Of a stretch of 64,000 bases of DNA, positions 17,908 to 26,779 are shown piece by piece; the stretch's first letter is position 1, and each line of letters opens with the position of its first letter. The position numbers and the translations under genes were made by a program. A model generated the notes under the pieces. It made no database searches. It saw only the letters and a list, made by a program, of their open reading frames with translations, and was not told the origin of the DNA. Origin of the DNA: Escherichia phage C6. The stretch lies in sequence record MW679410.1; one strand, given 5' to 3'.

Positions 17908-18147
17908 CTATTTCAACGAATCTTCTAAATAAATTTTACGGAATTTACGTTTTGTCTGACGAATCTGACGCTTAGTAGGCTTCACAGGAAATTCGAAGAA
18001 CTCTACGTATTCTTGTTCGTAATCGTTGTGACCGACTGAAAGAACCAGTTCCCAGTTGCTTACAGTACGTTGGATAAACATATTATGCTTACCAAAAGAT
18101 TTGTTCCAAAAAGAACTGGGAGTTGGTTTCATTAATACAATATTCAT
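17908..18147 (-). CDS. small basic protein with PTKRQ motif (79 aa)
   Basis: ORF; paralog of 16899..17120. Confidence 0.55.
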   Translation of the reverse strand: MNIVLMKPTPSSFWNKSFGKHNMFIQRTVSNWELVLSVGHNDYEQEYVEFFEFPVKPTKRQIRQTKRKFRKIYLEDSLK

Positions 18148-18288
18148 TTATTCCTCGCCTTCATGTTTATGAGCAATTTCTTCGAATTCGCTGTCACAGT
18201 CTAAACAGGTTGCGTTATCCCAAGCATCAAATACCGCTTGGTCTTCACAGACTGAACAACCGCATACTACACATTCAAATTCTTCCAT
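18148..18288 (-). CDS. small Cys-rich protein (46 aa)
   Basis: Hand-translated MEEFECVVCGCSVCEDQ...CLDCDSEFEE; fits exactly between flanking ORFs. Confidence 0.4.
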   Translation of the reverse strand: MEEFECVVCGCSVCEDQAVFDAWDNATCLDCDSEFEEIAHKHEGEE

Positions 18289-18492
18289 TTAGATTTCCTC
18301 AATGCGAGCATCATATTCAAAAACTTTATTGTCATCAACAAAGGCTTTCACCAGCGCATTATTCACTTCTGCATACTGCACTGTAACCCATTCAATCATA
18401 TTTTGGTCACTAACATCCAGAACGGTTTCTTTGGTAAACATATTACCATTTTCAAACCAACCAATAAACACTACTTTCTCTAATTTAGGCAT
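18289..18492 (-). CDS. hypothetical protein (67 aa)
   Basis: ORF. Confidence 0.55.
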   Translation of the reverse strand: MPKLEKVVFIGWFENGNMFTKETVLDVSDQNMIEWVTVQYAEVNNALVKAFVDDNKVFEYDARIEEI

Positions 18493-18822
18493 TTAGATTT
18501 CCTCACAGAAGGCCCATTCAGCATGATAAACCGTAGCGCCTTTAGTATCATTTAAACAAACCACATCTACCGGAGCAATTACACGATAAAGTCGAGGTTC
18601 TCCTCCCACTGAACGAGCTGCTCGTCCAGCATAAATCTTAGCCAAACCGATATCTTCAGTAAAGAACACACGATTTAGGTTTTTCTTACGACCGGTTTCA
18701 GACAAAACTCCTGTATCCTCAGGAGGACAAAGCATATTACCGATATTAGCAACACTACAACTTCCGTGGTAATACACTTTATATTCTGCTTTACAATCGA
18801 TGGTTTTCATTTTGTTCTCCAA
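18493..18822 (-). CDS. hypothetical protein (109 aa)
   Basis: ORF preceded by early promoter cassette. Confidence 0.6.
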   Translation of the reverse strand: MENKMKTIDCKAEYKVYYHGSCSVANIGNMLCPPEDTGVLSETGRKKNLNRVFFTEDIGLAKIYAGRAARSVGGEPRLYRVIAPVDVVCLNDTKGATVYHAEWAFCEEI

Positions 18823-18834
18823 GTTGATAGGTCT

Positions 18835-18863
18835 ATAGTATCACGCCTACAGGAGATGTAAAC
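18835..18863 (-). promoter_or_regulatory. T4-type early promoter cassette
   Basis: Minus strand GTTTAC-N17-TACTAT plus CTATCAAC leader. Confidence 0.6.
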
Positions 18864-18877
18864 CCTTAAAAACAAAA

Positions 18878-18895
18878 AAGGAGCCGAGGCTCCTT
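18878..18895 (-). terminator. stem-loop terminator after gene 41
   Basis: Minus-strand hairpin AAGGAGCC-UCGG-CUCCUU followed by UUUUUUGUUUUU. Confidence 0.65.
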
Positions 18896-20333
18896 AAAAT
18901 TTGATAGATGCTGCTAAATCGTCCAAATCACTTCTATTAACACGCGTCTGTCGATTGACCTCGGCTTGACGATTCATCTCACCTGTAGCCTCACGAACAG
19001 TGTTCACTGGGCCTGGGTTGGAATCGTCTTCAACTTCGTACCAACGTTGATTTCCTTTCTTAACACCAATCTTAAATTTGTTGTAGTAGCTCTTATCACC
19101 ATAACGAGATTTAAGCTGCTTAACCATCTGCATACCCATCTGAGCAAACTCTTCTGTCTCGACCACACCTAACATGAAGTCTGCAGTATGTGCAATACCA
19201 AAGGATTCGGCAATATCAGCCATATCGATTTCGGCTGCAACGTTCGCACCACGAGTAGTCTGGGCCGCAGTCCACAACAGTAATTTCTTCTCTACTGCCA
19301 GTCCACGTAGTTCTTCGGCTACCATCTTAATCAATCCGTAACTGTTTTCAGAGAAAACTTTCGTACGAGACGATGCACAGATAGCCAAGTAGTCGACGAT
19401 AACGACCTGTGGGACAAAGTTTTGTTTGAGCTTATATTCGTTTAATAATGCACGGAAGGTATCGGCATTAGCACCACCGGTAGGATACTGTTTAATCTTT
19501 AAACGACCTAAGGTAGCAGTTGAACGCCATTTATCCATCTTAGCTTTATATTCAGGCCAAGAGACATGGCCATCATCGATATCGTCTAGTGATACATCCA
19601 GAAGGTTTGCATCGATACGCTTAGCACATACTTCCTCTGCCATCTCCATGGAGATATAAAGAACATCGTATCCGGATTGAAGGTAATCAGCAGCCAATGA
19701 ACACAGACCAAGAGACTTACCTACGTTTGTTCCTGCCAACAATACGTTTTCAGTACCAAACTCAGCACCACCTTTAGTAATCTTATTCAGAATATTAAGA
19801 CGGAACGGGACCTTACGTGCTTTATCGGAATAACTTTTGAATCGTTCTTCGTAGTCATCCATCCAGTCATGACCTAATTCAGAATCGAAACAAATCGATA
19901 ATGCATCACGCATGATATCTGGAATAGCACCAATACCTGGAAGTTTTCTATTTTGTTGCTCAACCGGAAGGTCGGCATTAGTTTGGATTTCAATGATTTT
20001 TGAAGTTGCATTATACATCGCTGCTTTCTGAACGTATTTCTCCGTCTCTTTAACCAACCATTCTTGGTCTTCAGGTCCAGCATTCAGTGAGCTTAAAAGC
20101 TCTTTAGCTCCTTGATGTTCGACTTCTGAAAGCGTGCTGTTATCTAATGCAATGCTCAATGCGTTCTTAGAAGGCACTGCATTATATTCATTGACGTGTT
20201 TTTTAATTTCTTTGAAAAGGGTCTTTGCAGGACCCTGGTCAAAATAAGAATCATTCATATAAGGCCAGACCTTAGTGAAATAATCACTATTGCCTAGCAG
20301 TTGAGCCAAAATAGTTTCTACCACTTCCACCAC
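18894..20333 (-). CDS. 41: replicative DNA helicase gp41 (DnaB-like)
   Basis: 479 aa; Walker A GTNVGKSLG; RecA-like C-terminal domain. Confidence 0.9.
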   Translation of the reverse strand: MVEVVETILAQLLGNSDYFTKVWPYMNDSYFDQGPAKTLFKEIKKHVNEYNAVPSKNALSIALDNSTLSEVEHQGAKELLSSLNAGPEDQEWLVKETEKYVQKAAMYNATSKIIEIQTNADLPVEQQNRKLPGIGAIPDIMRDALSICFDSELGHDWMDDYEERFKSYSDKARKVPFRLNILNKITKGGAEFGTENVLLAGTNVGKSLGLCSLAADYLQSGYDVLYISMEMAEEVCAKRIDANLLDVSLDDIDDGHVSWPEYKAKMDKWRSTATLGRLKIKQYPTGGANADTFRALLNEYKLKQNFVPQVVIVDYLAICASSRTKVFSENSYGLIKMVAEELRGLAVEKKLLLWTAAQTTRGANVAAEIDMADIAESFGIAHTADFMLGVVETEEFAQMGMQMVKQLKSRYGDKSYYNKFKIGVKKGNQRWYEVEDDSNPGPVNTVREATGEMNRQAEVNRQTRVNRSDLDDLAASIKF

Positions 20334-20647
20334 CTCTTAGATTTAATTTTATCCAGTTCTTCTTGTATTTGCATTGTAACACATTTTTCTACATGAAGCG
20401 CTAGCTCTTCTTTTCGGTCTTCGGAAGGTGTTCCGAAATCAACCGACACTTTTCCATCTTTCTCAATAACAATATTCATCACATAAACGATGTGAGCAGT
20501 GCCATCGGGTAAAGTAAGCATAATTTCCTGCTTAACAGAACCCATTGACTTACGGATTATATCTAATGATTTCTCATAATAACGAGGGTCACTAGGACCC
20601 TCTTCGGCATCTTTAACAAAATTATCTAAATCAGATAAATCAGTCAT
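20318..20647 (-). CDS. 40: gp40-position protein (109 aa)
   Basis: Between 41 and uvsX as in T4; identity by synteny only. Confidence 0.5.
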   Translation of the reverse strand: MTDLSDLDNFVKDAEEGPSDPRYYEKSLDIIRKSMGSVKQEIMLTLPDGTAHIVYVMNIVIEKDGKVSVDFGTPSEDRKEELALHVEKCVTMQIQEELDKIKSKRWWKW

Positions 20648-21821
20648 GGTCGCTCACAAAATTCATGTTTTCTAAATCGCTTTCGATGTCAGCAGCGCTT
20701 TGGGTATTTCCACCTAATTTAACAGCAACGTTCTTAGAGACACGAGAGTTAATAAGGTCGTTCACTGCATCGTCAACTTCTTTAATAGAATTAATTGCAC
20801 CAAGCTTATACTTATTCTCGATTGCTTCACGGAACGGAGCGTGTTTAAACAGCGGTCCCCAGAACTCAACACAATCGGTAGCTTTAGCACGCCATGCTTT
20901 TTCTTCTTGAACCATTTCACCCGTGGTTTCGTCAAGGAATGCACGATTATACCAACCAGCTTTAGGTTTCACTACAAAGCCGATATCAGTAGCCATTTCA
21001 AGCAATCCACTGAACGGGTCGATACCGCCTTCAAAGTTAACGGTGATAGGGAACGTTGACTTCTCTTTAACCGTACGAGATTTCTCAGCCTTCAGTGTGA
21101 AGTCATAACCGGTGAGCTCAGTACCATCTTTAACCTGGCGTTTAGAGATAAAGAATACGGTAGACGCAGAATAAAGAATACCAGTACCACCACCCATAAT
21201 CTCTTTAGGATACATTCCACCAATTTCCATAGCCGTGTGGTTAATTGCTACACAAGGGATATCTTTGATGGTCAGATAAGGTGTTACGATACGGAACAGA
21301 GATTTCAGTGACTTAGCACGAGTCATATCACCTACAACTTTCTCGTTCAAAGCATCTTCGGTTTCTTTCTTAGAAGCAGTGTTACCAATGGAGTCGATAA
21401 AGATAATAACCTTTTCGCCACGAGTAATTTCTTCTAACTGGTTAGTCATATCAACTTTAAGCTGTTCGACTGACTGGATTGGTGTATGAACCACACGTTC
21501 CAAATCAACACCCATCGAACGGAAATAAGATTCTGAAGCACCAAACTCAGAGTCATAGAACAAACAAATTGCGTCTGGATATTTCTTCATATATGCCGCA
21601 ACCATGGTAAGTCCAAACAACGTTTTAAAGTGTTTAGATGGAGCAGCAAAGATTGTCAAACCTGATTGTAAGCCTGCATTCAACGCACCACCTAATGCAA
21701 TATTCAGCATAGGGATACGAGTAGGAACTTCGTCACGACCATTAAACAATTTAGATTTGGTCAGGTCGGCAGTCATTTTAGAAGTAGAAGCTTTAATCAA
21801 ACGGGATTTTAAATCAGACAT
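20640..21821 (-). CDS. uvsX: UvsX recombinase (RecA/Rad51 family)
   Basis: 393 aa; RecA-fold ATPase; T4 UvsX length. Confidence 0.9.
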   Translation of the reverse strand: MSDLKSRLIKASTSKMTADLTKSKLFNGRDEVPTRIPMLNIALGGALNAGLQSGLTIFAAPSKHFKTLFGLTMVAAYMKKYPDAICLFYDSEFGASESYFRSMGVDLERVVHTPIQSVEQLKVDMTNQLEEITRGEKVIIFIDSIGNTASKKETEDALNEKVVGDMTRAKSLKSLFRIVTPYLTIKDIPCVAINHTAMEIGGMYPKEIMGGGTGILYSASTVFFISKRQVKDGTELTGYDFTLKAEKSRTVKEKSTFPITVNFEGGIDPFSGLLEMATDIGFVVKPKAGWYNRAFLDETTGEMVQEEKAWRAKATDCVEFWGPLFKHAPFREAIENKYKLGAINSIKEVDDAVNDLINSRVSKNVAVKLGGNTQSAADIESDLENMNFVSDHD

Positions 21822-21898
21822 TATATTTTTCCATAGGCATCATTATATTTTACTCACGTTTTAAGATAGGGTAATTATATCACTTCATATTTACAGCG

Positions 21899-22792
21899 TT
21901 AAAGGACCACGTCCTCATAACTTGGCATTTCGTGCTCAGAATGGATATGGGCACCGAAATAAATGAATTCAGCTAGACCAGGATGGAATACTAAATCAGG
22001 ATTCTCATGATAAATGATATGGGGTCTTGATTTCAGAATCTGATAATATTCAACCTTACTCGGTTTGAATTTAATAATCTCTACATCAGGGCGATAGTCT
22101 TCACGCTTAAATGAATCATTCGGATCGGTGATGTAAAGACGAGCACCTTCAGCCGCGGCTTGGTCTACAACTCTTTCGAATTGATAACATTTATCTGAGA
22201 TACGGAATGGATGGAAAATACCATCAATTTTAATAGGCGCTAGACCTTCAGAGTAACGCTCAATTACTGCCGGATTAATTACCTTTTGGTCTACAAAAAT
22301 CTTATCAGAGGATGCACCTCGTGACACCAGGACGTCTTTCTGGCATTGATTCAGGACTGTAGTATAAATCGAACGTTCAACTGAAGACACGTCGATATCA
22401 ATGAACTCATCAATATAATAACGAGGAACTTCAGGGTCCATTGTAATGTTAAAGTTGAATTGTACAGTCTGAGCACCATCATAACCTGTGATATCGGTTA
22501 CCAATCCTGAGCAGTCATAGTATTCGATTAACGAATCAACAACGAACTCATTTTCAGACCAAAAATGTTTACGAGTTTCATAAGCATTTTCTTTATACCA
22601 GAGTGGTACAAAATTCAGTTCAGGAAATAATTCAATGCATTCTTTGATATCGCTCGAATTTCTAGGATAAGCCAGATAATCACCTGGGCAAGCACGGTTT
22701 AAATGGAGTTGAAAATTGCCGTCCTTAAGGACGGCATATTCACCTGTTTCGTAACTACGCATACTGAAAATAGGAACGATAAACAAACTCAT
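21899..22792 (-). CDS. hypothetical protein (297 aa) occupying the T4 beta-glucosyltransferase locus; candidate DNA-modifying transferase
   Basis: ORF between uvsX and gene 42, where T4 has beta-gt; no similarity by eye to T4 beta-gt; function inferred from position only. Confidence 0.65.
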   Translation of the reverse strand: MSLFIVPIFSMRSYETGEYAVLKDGNFQLHLNRACPGDYLAYPRNSSDIKECIELFPELNFVPLWYKENAYETRKHFWSENEFVVDSLIEYYDCSGLVTDITGYDGAQTVQFNFNITMDPEVPRYYIDEFIDIDVSSVERSIYTTVLNQCQKDVLVSRGASSDKIFVDQKVINPAVIERYSEGLAPIKIDGIFHPFRISDKCYQFERVVDQAAAEGARLYITDPNDSFKREDYRPDVEIIKFKPSKVEYYQILKSRPHIIYHENPDLVFHPGLAEFIYFGAHIHSEHEMPSYEDVVL

Positions 22793-23487
22793 TTCAGGAA
22801 TCCTCGAACGTAGTCAAAATCACGTTCAAATACGTGTGCACTAACCATAGTATGGGAATACGTGCCCAGACCAACACCACACTGTTCAGCAATAAAGGCC
22901 ATCAGTTTACCCTGCAGATAGAAATCCAGCTGCATAACGATAGCACAGTTCTGTGAACGCATATGAGTGTGTGCATACAGACGTCCATCACGAATATAAT
23001 ATGTTACCGAATCGGTACATGGATATTCTAGGGATTCGTCAGAATCAAGGAGGGCTTGGTCTTGTTCTTGGAGAATTTGGAACACAACTCTTCGCGAGTT
23101 AGGCTTTTCTTTAAGCTCTTTAAGTAAGGCTGGGAGTTGGGCCACAATTCGAGGTCCATAGAAAGTGTTGAAGTTTGCAGGCAATACGTCACTTTTCGGC
23201 TTATCAATGAACTTAGCAACATTAGGATATTCCTTAAATGCTTCGGCGGCATCAGTACCACCAGAAATCATAAATTTCCAGAAAGATTCGGCATAATCAT
23301 AGTTGATACGATTAATGCGGGGATCGGTGAATTTGTAAGTGCTTGCATCCAGAACTTCAACTGAAGCCGAACCAATTTCATAACAACGACCGATACGAGA
23401 ATCAACTGCAAACTGTGGAGCTTCCAGGATTTCTTCGTTCATTTGCTTAAACGCGTTTTCAAAACTAACAGCGGTAATGTGTTTCAT
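22789..23487 (-). CDS. 42: dCMP hydroxymethylase-like enzyme (thymidylate synthase fold)
   Basis: 232 aa; TS-family motifs NSRRVVFQ, catalytic-Cys context YPCTDSV, MRSQN...QLD with Asp at the cytosine-specifying position; diverged from T4 gp42. Confidence 0.75.
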   Translation of the reverse strand: MKHITAVSFENAFKQMNEEILEAPQFAVDSRIGRCYEIGSASVEVLDASTYKFTDPRINRINYDYAESFWKFMISGGTDAAEAFKEYPNVAKFIDKPKSDVLPANFNTFYGPRIVAQLPALLKELKEKPNSRRVVFQILQEQDQALLDSDESLEYPCTDSVTYYIRDGRLYAHTHMRSQNCAIVMQLDFYLQGKLMAFIAEQCGVGLGTYSHTMVSAHVFERDFDYVRGFLK

Positions 23488-24020
23488 TTATTCACCTTAT
23501 TTTCAATATATTCATTCAGACGTTTTAATTCTACCATATCGACGTTAAGCAAGTTATTATGACCGTCATGGTTTAAAACTTTAAAAACATTTTTAAAACA
23601 GTCTTCATATTTCTGGATAGTTAGGTTGAACTCATCTTTGGTCAATTTAATAAGGTCATCTTCGAAGTCTTCATCCAATGGATTACGGGTTAAAATAACC
23701 TCAATAATATTGAATTCAGATTTAAACCCTTTCCAATCTTCCAATTCTACATAAGGGTCCATTTCACCGCGAAGGAATCCAGAGTAAACAATATTACTAG
23801 GATATCCACGGTCTAAGATGTAGACAAAATTAGGGTCTAAAAACTTATATAAGGTTTCGACTAAAGCCTTATCATTATCAGTCCCTATTGAAATGCACTT
23901 ACCATTAATCTTTTTAGGAAAATCAATAAGACGATATTTCTTATCAGACAAAAGTGATTCAATTAAAGTAGACTTCCCGGAATTATCCGGGCCGTCGATA
24001 ACAATGATTTTTGGTTTCAC
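23484..24020 (-). CDS. thymidylate-kinase-like dNMP kinase (P-loop)
   Basis: 178 aa; Walker A GPDNSGKST and DRGY motif resembling the TMK DRY motif. Confidence 0.65.
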   Translation of the reverse strand: MKPKIIVIDGPDNSGKSTLIESLLSDKKYRLIDFPKKINGKCISIGTDNDKALVETLYKFLDPNFVYILDRGYPSNIVYSGFLRGEMDPYVELEDWKGFKSEFNIIEVILTRNPLDEDFEDDLIKLTKDEFNLTIQKYEDCFKNVFKVLNHDGHNNLLNVDMVELKRLNEYIENKVNK

Positions 24021-24415
24021 GGATGATATGCCTTATAGGTTTCAAGAGTTCCTTCACGAACCATTTCTTTAAAGTGGTCAGGACGGATTGCTCGGTCATC
24101 GATGATAAAAGTATAACTCGGCTTATGTGTAAGCAGATTATGATATTTCAATCCAATCTTTTCAAGGTTCTTAACCAATGCAGGAACTACTTCAACCAAG
24201 ATTCGACCAGGTCCACATGAAGTCATGCCACGAGCAGTGAACAGCGTAATCTCATAACCTTCGTCATAAAGCTTATTAATCATGGACACCATTTCGGTGT
24301 CCGGTTTAAAGTTTTCGTAATCACGGTCATGGTTCCAAACCGTGATTGTATTATCGATGTCAAAACATAAATGGGGCTTATTTTCTACTCGATGCGACAT
24401 TAAATTTTCTTCCAT
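24017..24415 (-). CDS. small HAD-superfamily phosphatase
   Basis: 132 aa; motif I DIDNTIT (DxDxT). Confidence 0.65.
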   Translation of the reverse strand: MEENLMSHRVENKPHLCFDIDNTITVWNHDRDYENFKPDTEMVSMINKLYDEGYEITLFTARGMTSCGPGRILVEVVPALVKNLEKIGLKYHNLLTHKPSYTFIIDDRAIRPDHFKEMVREGTLETYKAYHP

Positions 24416-26073
24416 TGTTTGTGGAGTTCAGTAGAACCTGTAGGTTTATATTTTACACCAGTTTCTTGGTCAAGCAAAACCCACTTATCAGGACAACGAG
24501 TGATAATTTGGGCCGTGATAGGGTCACGAACTTCATCGACGAATTCACCTGTAATAAGCTTACGCTTGCGAGGATGCCGCTTCAGCAGCACACTCAGTTG
24601 ATATAAACCATTGTAATAAGCACCCAGAGCTTTCAGAGGGTTATTTTTAAAGTAACCTGCCAATGCCATCCAGATAACAGCAATCCAGAGCTTGTGCTTA
24701 AATGTACACATTGGAATATCATCTAAAGGCATAACCTTTTCAATATCAACGAATACACGAGTTCCGTTACGAGTTAAGCCACCCCATAGAGGGTCAGAGT
24801 TAAATTTGTCATACCCATCGATAGAATAAAGCACCTTAGCTTCATCATAAATCGCAGGGCCTTTAGAACTATTACCAAAATAACCACGTGGGTCGATGAT
24901 TTTAATATCACCTTCGTCCGACAACATAATATTACTGTAGTGCGGGTCACCGTGAATAAGTTGGTACGGTTCTTTATGTTCAGACAGAATTTCTAAGGCG
25001 TGGCGAAGAAGTTTTTCAGGGTCGCCTACCTTAAAGTCATTGACATGGGTAATACCCTGTGGAGCAAAGCCTTCAATCAATCCAGCAATAGAAGCATTAC
25101 GAATAAGGACCTTGTCCAATACTTCTTTCTTAACATCGGAATACCATTGCTCATCGGATGGATTATCGATAGTCCCACCGAATGAACGTAATGCACTAAT
25201 AACCTTATAAACCATGAGGACTTTAGTTTCTTTAGACATGAACCGATAGGCATCTGCCATAGTACGACCAAAGATACGTTCCATTTTAATGAATTCACCT
25301 GGAGCAAAGTCTACAATGCTCGGAACGAATTCAGAATCAATAGAATTATACCAATTGATTTCTTTAGATTGGATTTCTTTACCTAATTCGTTGGTAGGTA
25401 CTTTAATAGCCAGATTCTCAGTGAACTCTAATTTATTAAATTCACGGTTAATTTCGGATTCTTCATGGGCCTTAGCCAGTTTCAGTTTGTCACCGACATC
25501 AACTACAAAGTCTAGCTTACGTTCGGTCAAATGGACCATTGAATCCAGGTTGTCGGCAAGGTCTTCACCATAATTAGAGCGGTTGAAACCTGTCCAATTA
25601 GCCACCTGATACAAACCAACCACACCGCCACCGGTACCAATTTCACGCAGGTACGGTTCTTCAAATGTAAAACGACAGTCAGTCCCGTAGGTATAACAGT
25701 AGTCGTTATCCCACTCAACTTTATGACCCTCAGGAATGATGTCACACCAGTTAAACAGGACATTGTGCCCGATAATATCTTCAGCAATGCAATCAATAGC
25801 ATGAGCTGAACCATTGGCGACATCTACGTTACGAATAGTGAATTTAGGCTTATCACTATTAATCATGTTAATGGATTTAATGTAACCCTTAACGAGGTCA
25901 TTAAATTTGCTGTGAATAACCAGAATAATTTCATCTGATTGATTACTATACAAATCATACAAATGTTTTAATACAGTATGTTGTTTGTAGTTAACCAGTA
26001 CCTTCGGGATTTCGTTAGTAATTGGATACAACCGTGAGCCAAGACCCGCGCCTAAAATAACAACCTTTTTCAT
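24400..26073 (-). CDS. bifunctional sugar-1-phosphate nucleotidyltransferase (N-terminal) and APH/choline-kinase-like sugar kinase (C-terminal)
   Basis: Start moved to MKKVVILGAGLGSRLYPIT (GxGxR NTP-transferase motif; GAGGA SD); C-terminal HGDPHYSNIML...DIKIIDPRG is the catalytic loop of the APH/ChoK/MtnK kinase family. Confidence 0.8.
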   Translation of the reverse strand: MKKVVILGAGLGSRLYPITNEIPKVLVNYKQHTVLKHLYDLYSNQSDEIILVIHSKFNDLVKGYIKSINMINSDKPKFTIRNVDVANGSAHAIDCIAEDIIGHNVLFNWCDIIPEGHKVEWDNDYCYTYGTDCRFTFEEPYLREIGTGGGVVGLYQVANWTGFNRSNYGEDLADNLDSMVHLTERKLDFVVDVGDKLKLAKAHEESEINREFNKLEFTENLAIKVPTNELGKEIQSKEINWYNSIDSEFVPSIVDFAPGEFIKMERIFGRTMADAYRFMSKETKVLMVYKVISALRSFGGTIDNPSDEQWYSDVKKEVLDKVLIRNASIAGLIEGFAPQGITHVNDFKVGDPEKLLRHALEILSEHKEPYQLIHGDPHYSNIMLSDEGDIKIIDPRGYFGNSSKGPAIYDEAKVLYSIDGYDKFNSDPLWGGLTRNGTRVFVDIEKVMPLDDIPMCTFKHKLWIAVIWMALAGYFKNNPLKALGAYYNGLYQLSVLLKRHPRKRKLITGEFVDEVRDPITAQIITRCPDKWVLLDQETGVKYKPTGSTELHKQWKKI

Positions 26074-26133
26074 TATCTGTTCCTCAAGTGAATGTAGGTA
26101 CATTATACACTATTTTTAATAAATTGGTATTGC

Positions 26134-26634
26134 TTAAATCTTATCTTTACCGATTTCAATACACTGTTCTATTGCCGCCGGTACTTTGGTCTTGAGCTTA
26201 TTGATTTGTTTCTTATAATCACGGGCCTTATCAAAGCTTTCGGTTTCGAGCATTTCGTAATAACGAGCCTCATGGATGGAAATCTGTAGATTGATATGAT
26301 TTACGCACATCGCATACAGTTTCTGTTTTTTGTACAAATCGTCTTGACGCTTCATTTCTGCCTGGTGTTTGGCTAGTACCGCTTCACGCTTGGACTCTTG
26401 TTCACGTTGGAATTCAATTTCCCTTTGAGCATATTTTGCACAGTTATTACCGCATTGATTATTAGCTCGGGTATACACAAGTCCAGAACCTGCACGGAAT
26501 TTCATTTCGCCATCGAATTGTTTCTGTTCAGCTGCGATACGAGCTTTACCAACTTCATCAGCCGAAACTGCATCACCATATTGGACCGCGCAACCTGATA
26601 GGAGCATACTCATTGCGATAATTAACTTTTTCAT
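26134..26634 (-). CDS. putative lipoprotein (166 aa)
   Basis: Signal peptide with lipobox LLSGCA; coiled-coil-like remainder. Confidence 0.65.
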   Translation of the reverse strand: MKKLIIAMSMLLSGCAVQYGDAVSADEVGKARIAAEQKQFDGEMKFRAGSGLVYTRANNQCGNNCAKYAQREIEFQREQESKREAVLAKHQAEMKRQDDLYKKQKLYAMCVNHINLQISIHEARYYEMLETESFDKARDYKKQINKLKTKVPAAIEQCIEIGKDKI

Positions 26635-26641
26635 AATATCC

Positions 26642-26779
26642 TCAATTAAAACAGTTATACTTAATTTGTGCTATAAGAATAATCCATCCAATGATGAGTG
26701 TCGGAATCATTGGCGGAATTACCACTGCCCAATAAATGGTAAAGGCAGTCATTATAAGAAATAAAATAATTATTTTCAT
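26642..26779 (-). CDS. small membrane peptide (45 aa)
   Basis: Hand-translated MKIIILFLIMTAFTIYWAVVIPP...; ATGA overlap with imm stop. Confidence 0.4.
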   Translation of the reverse strand: MKIIILFLIMTAFTIYWAVVIPPMIPTLIIGWIILIAQIKYNCFN

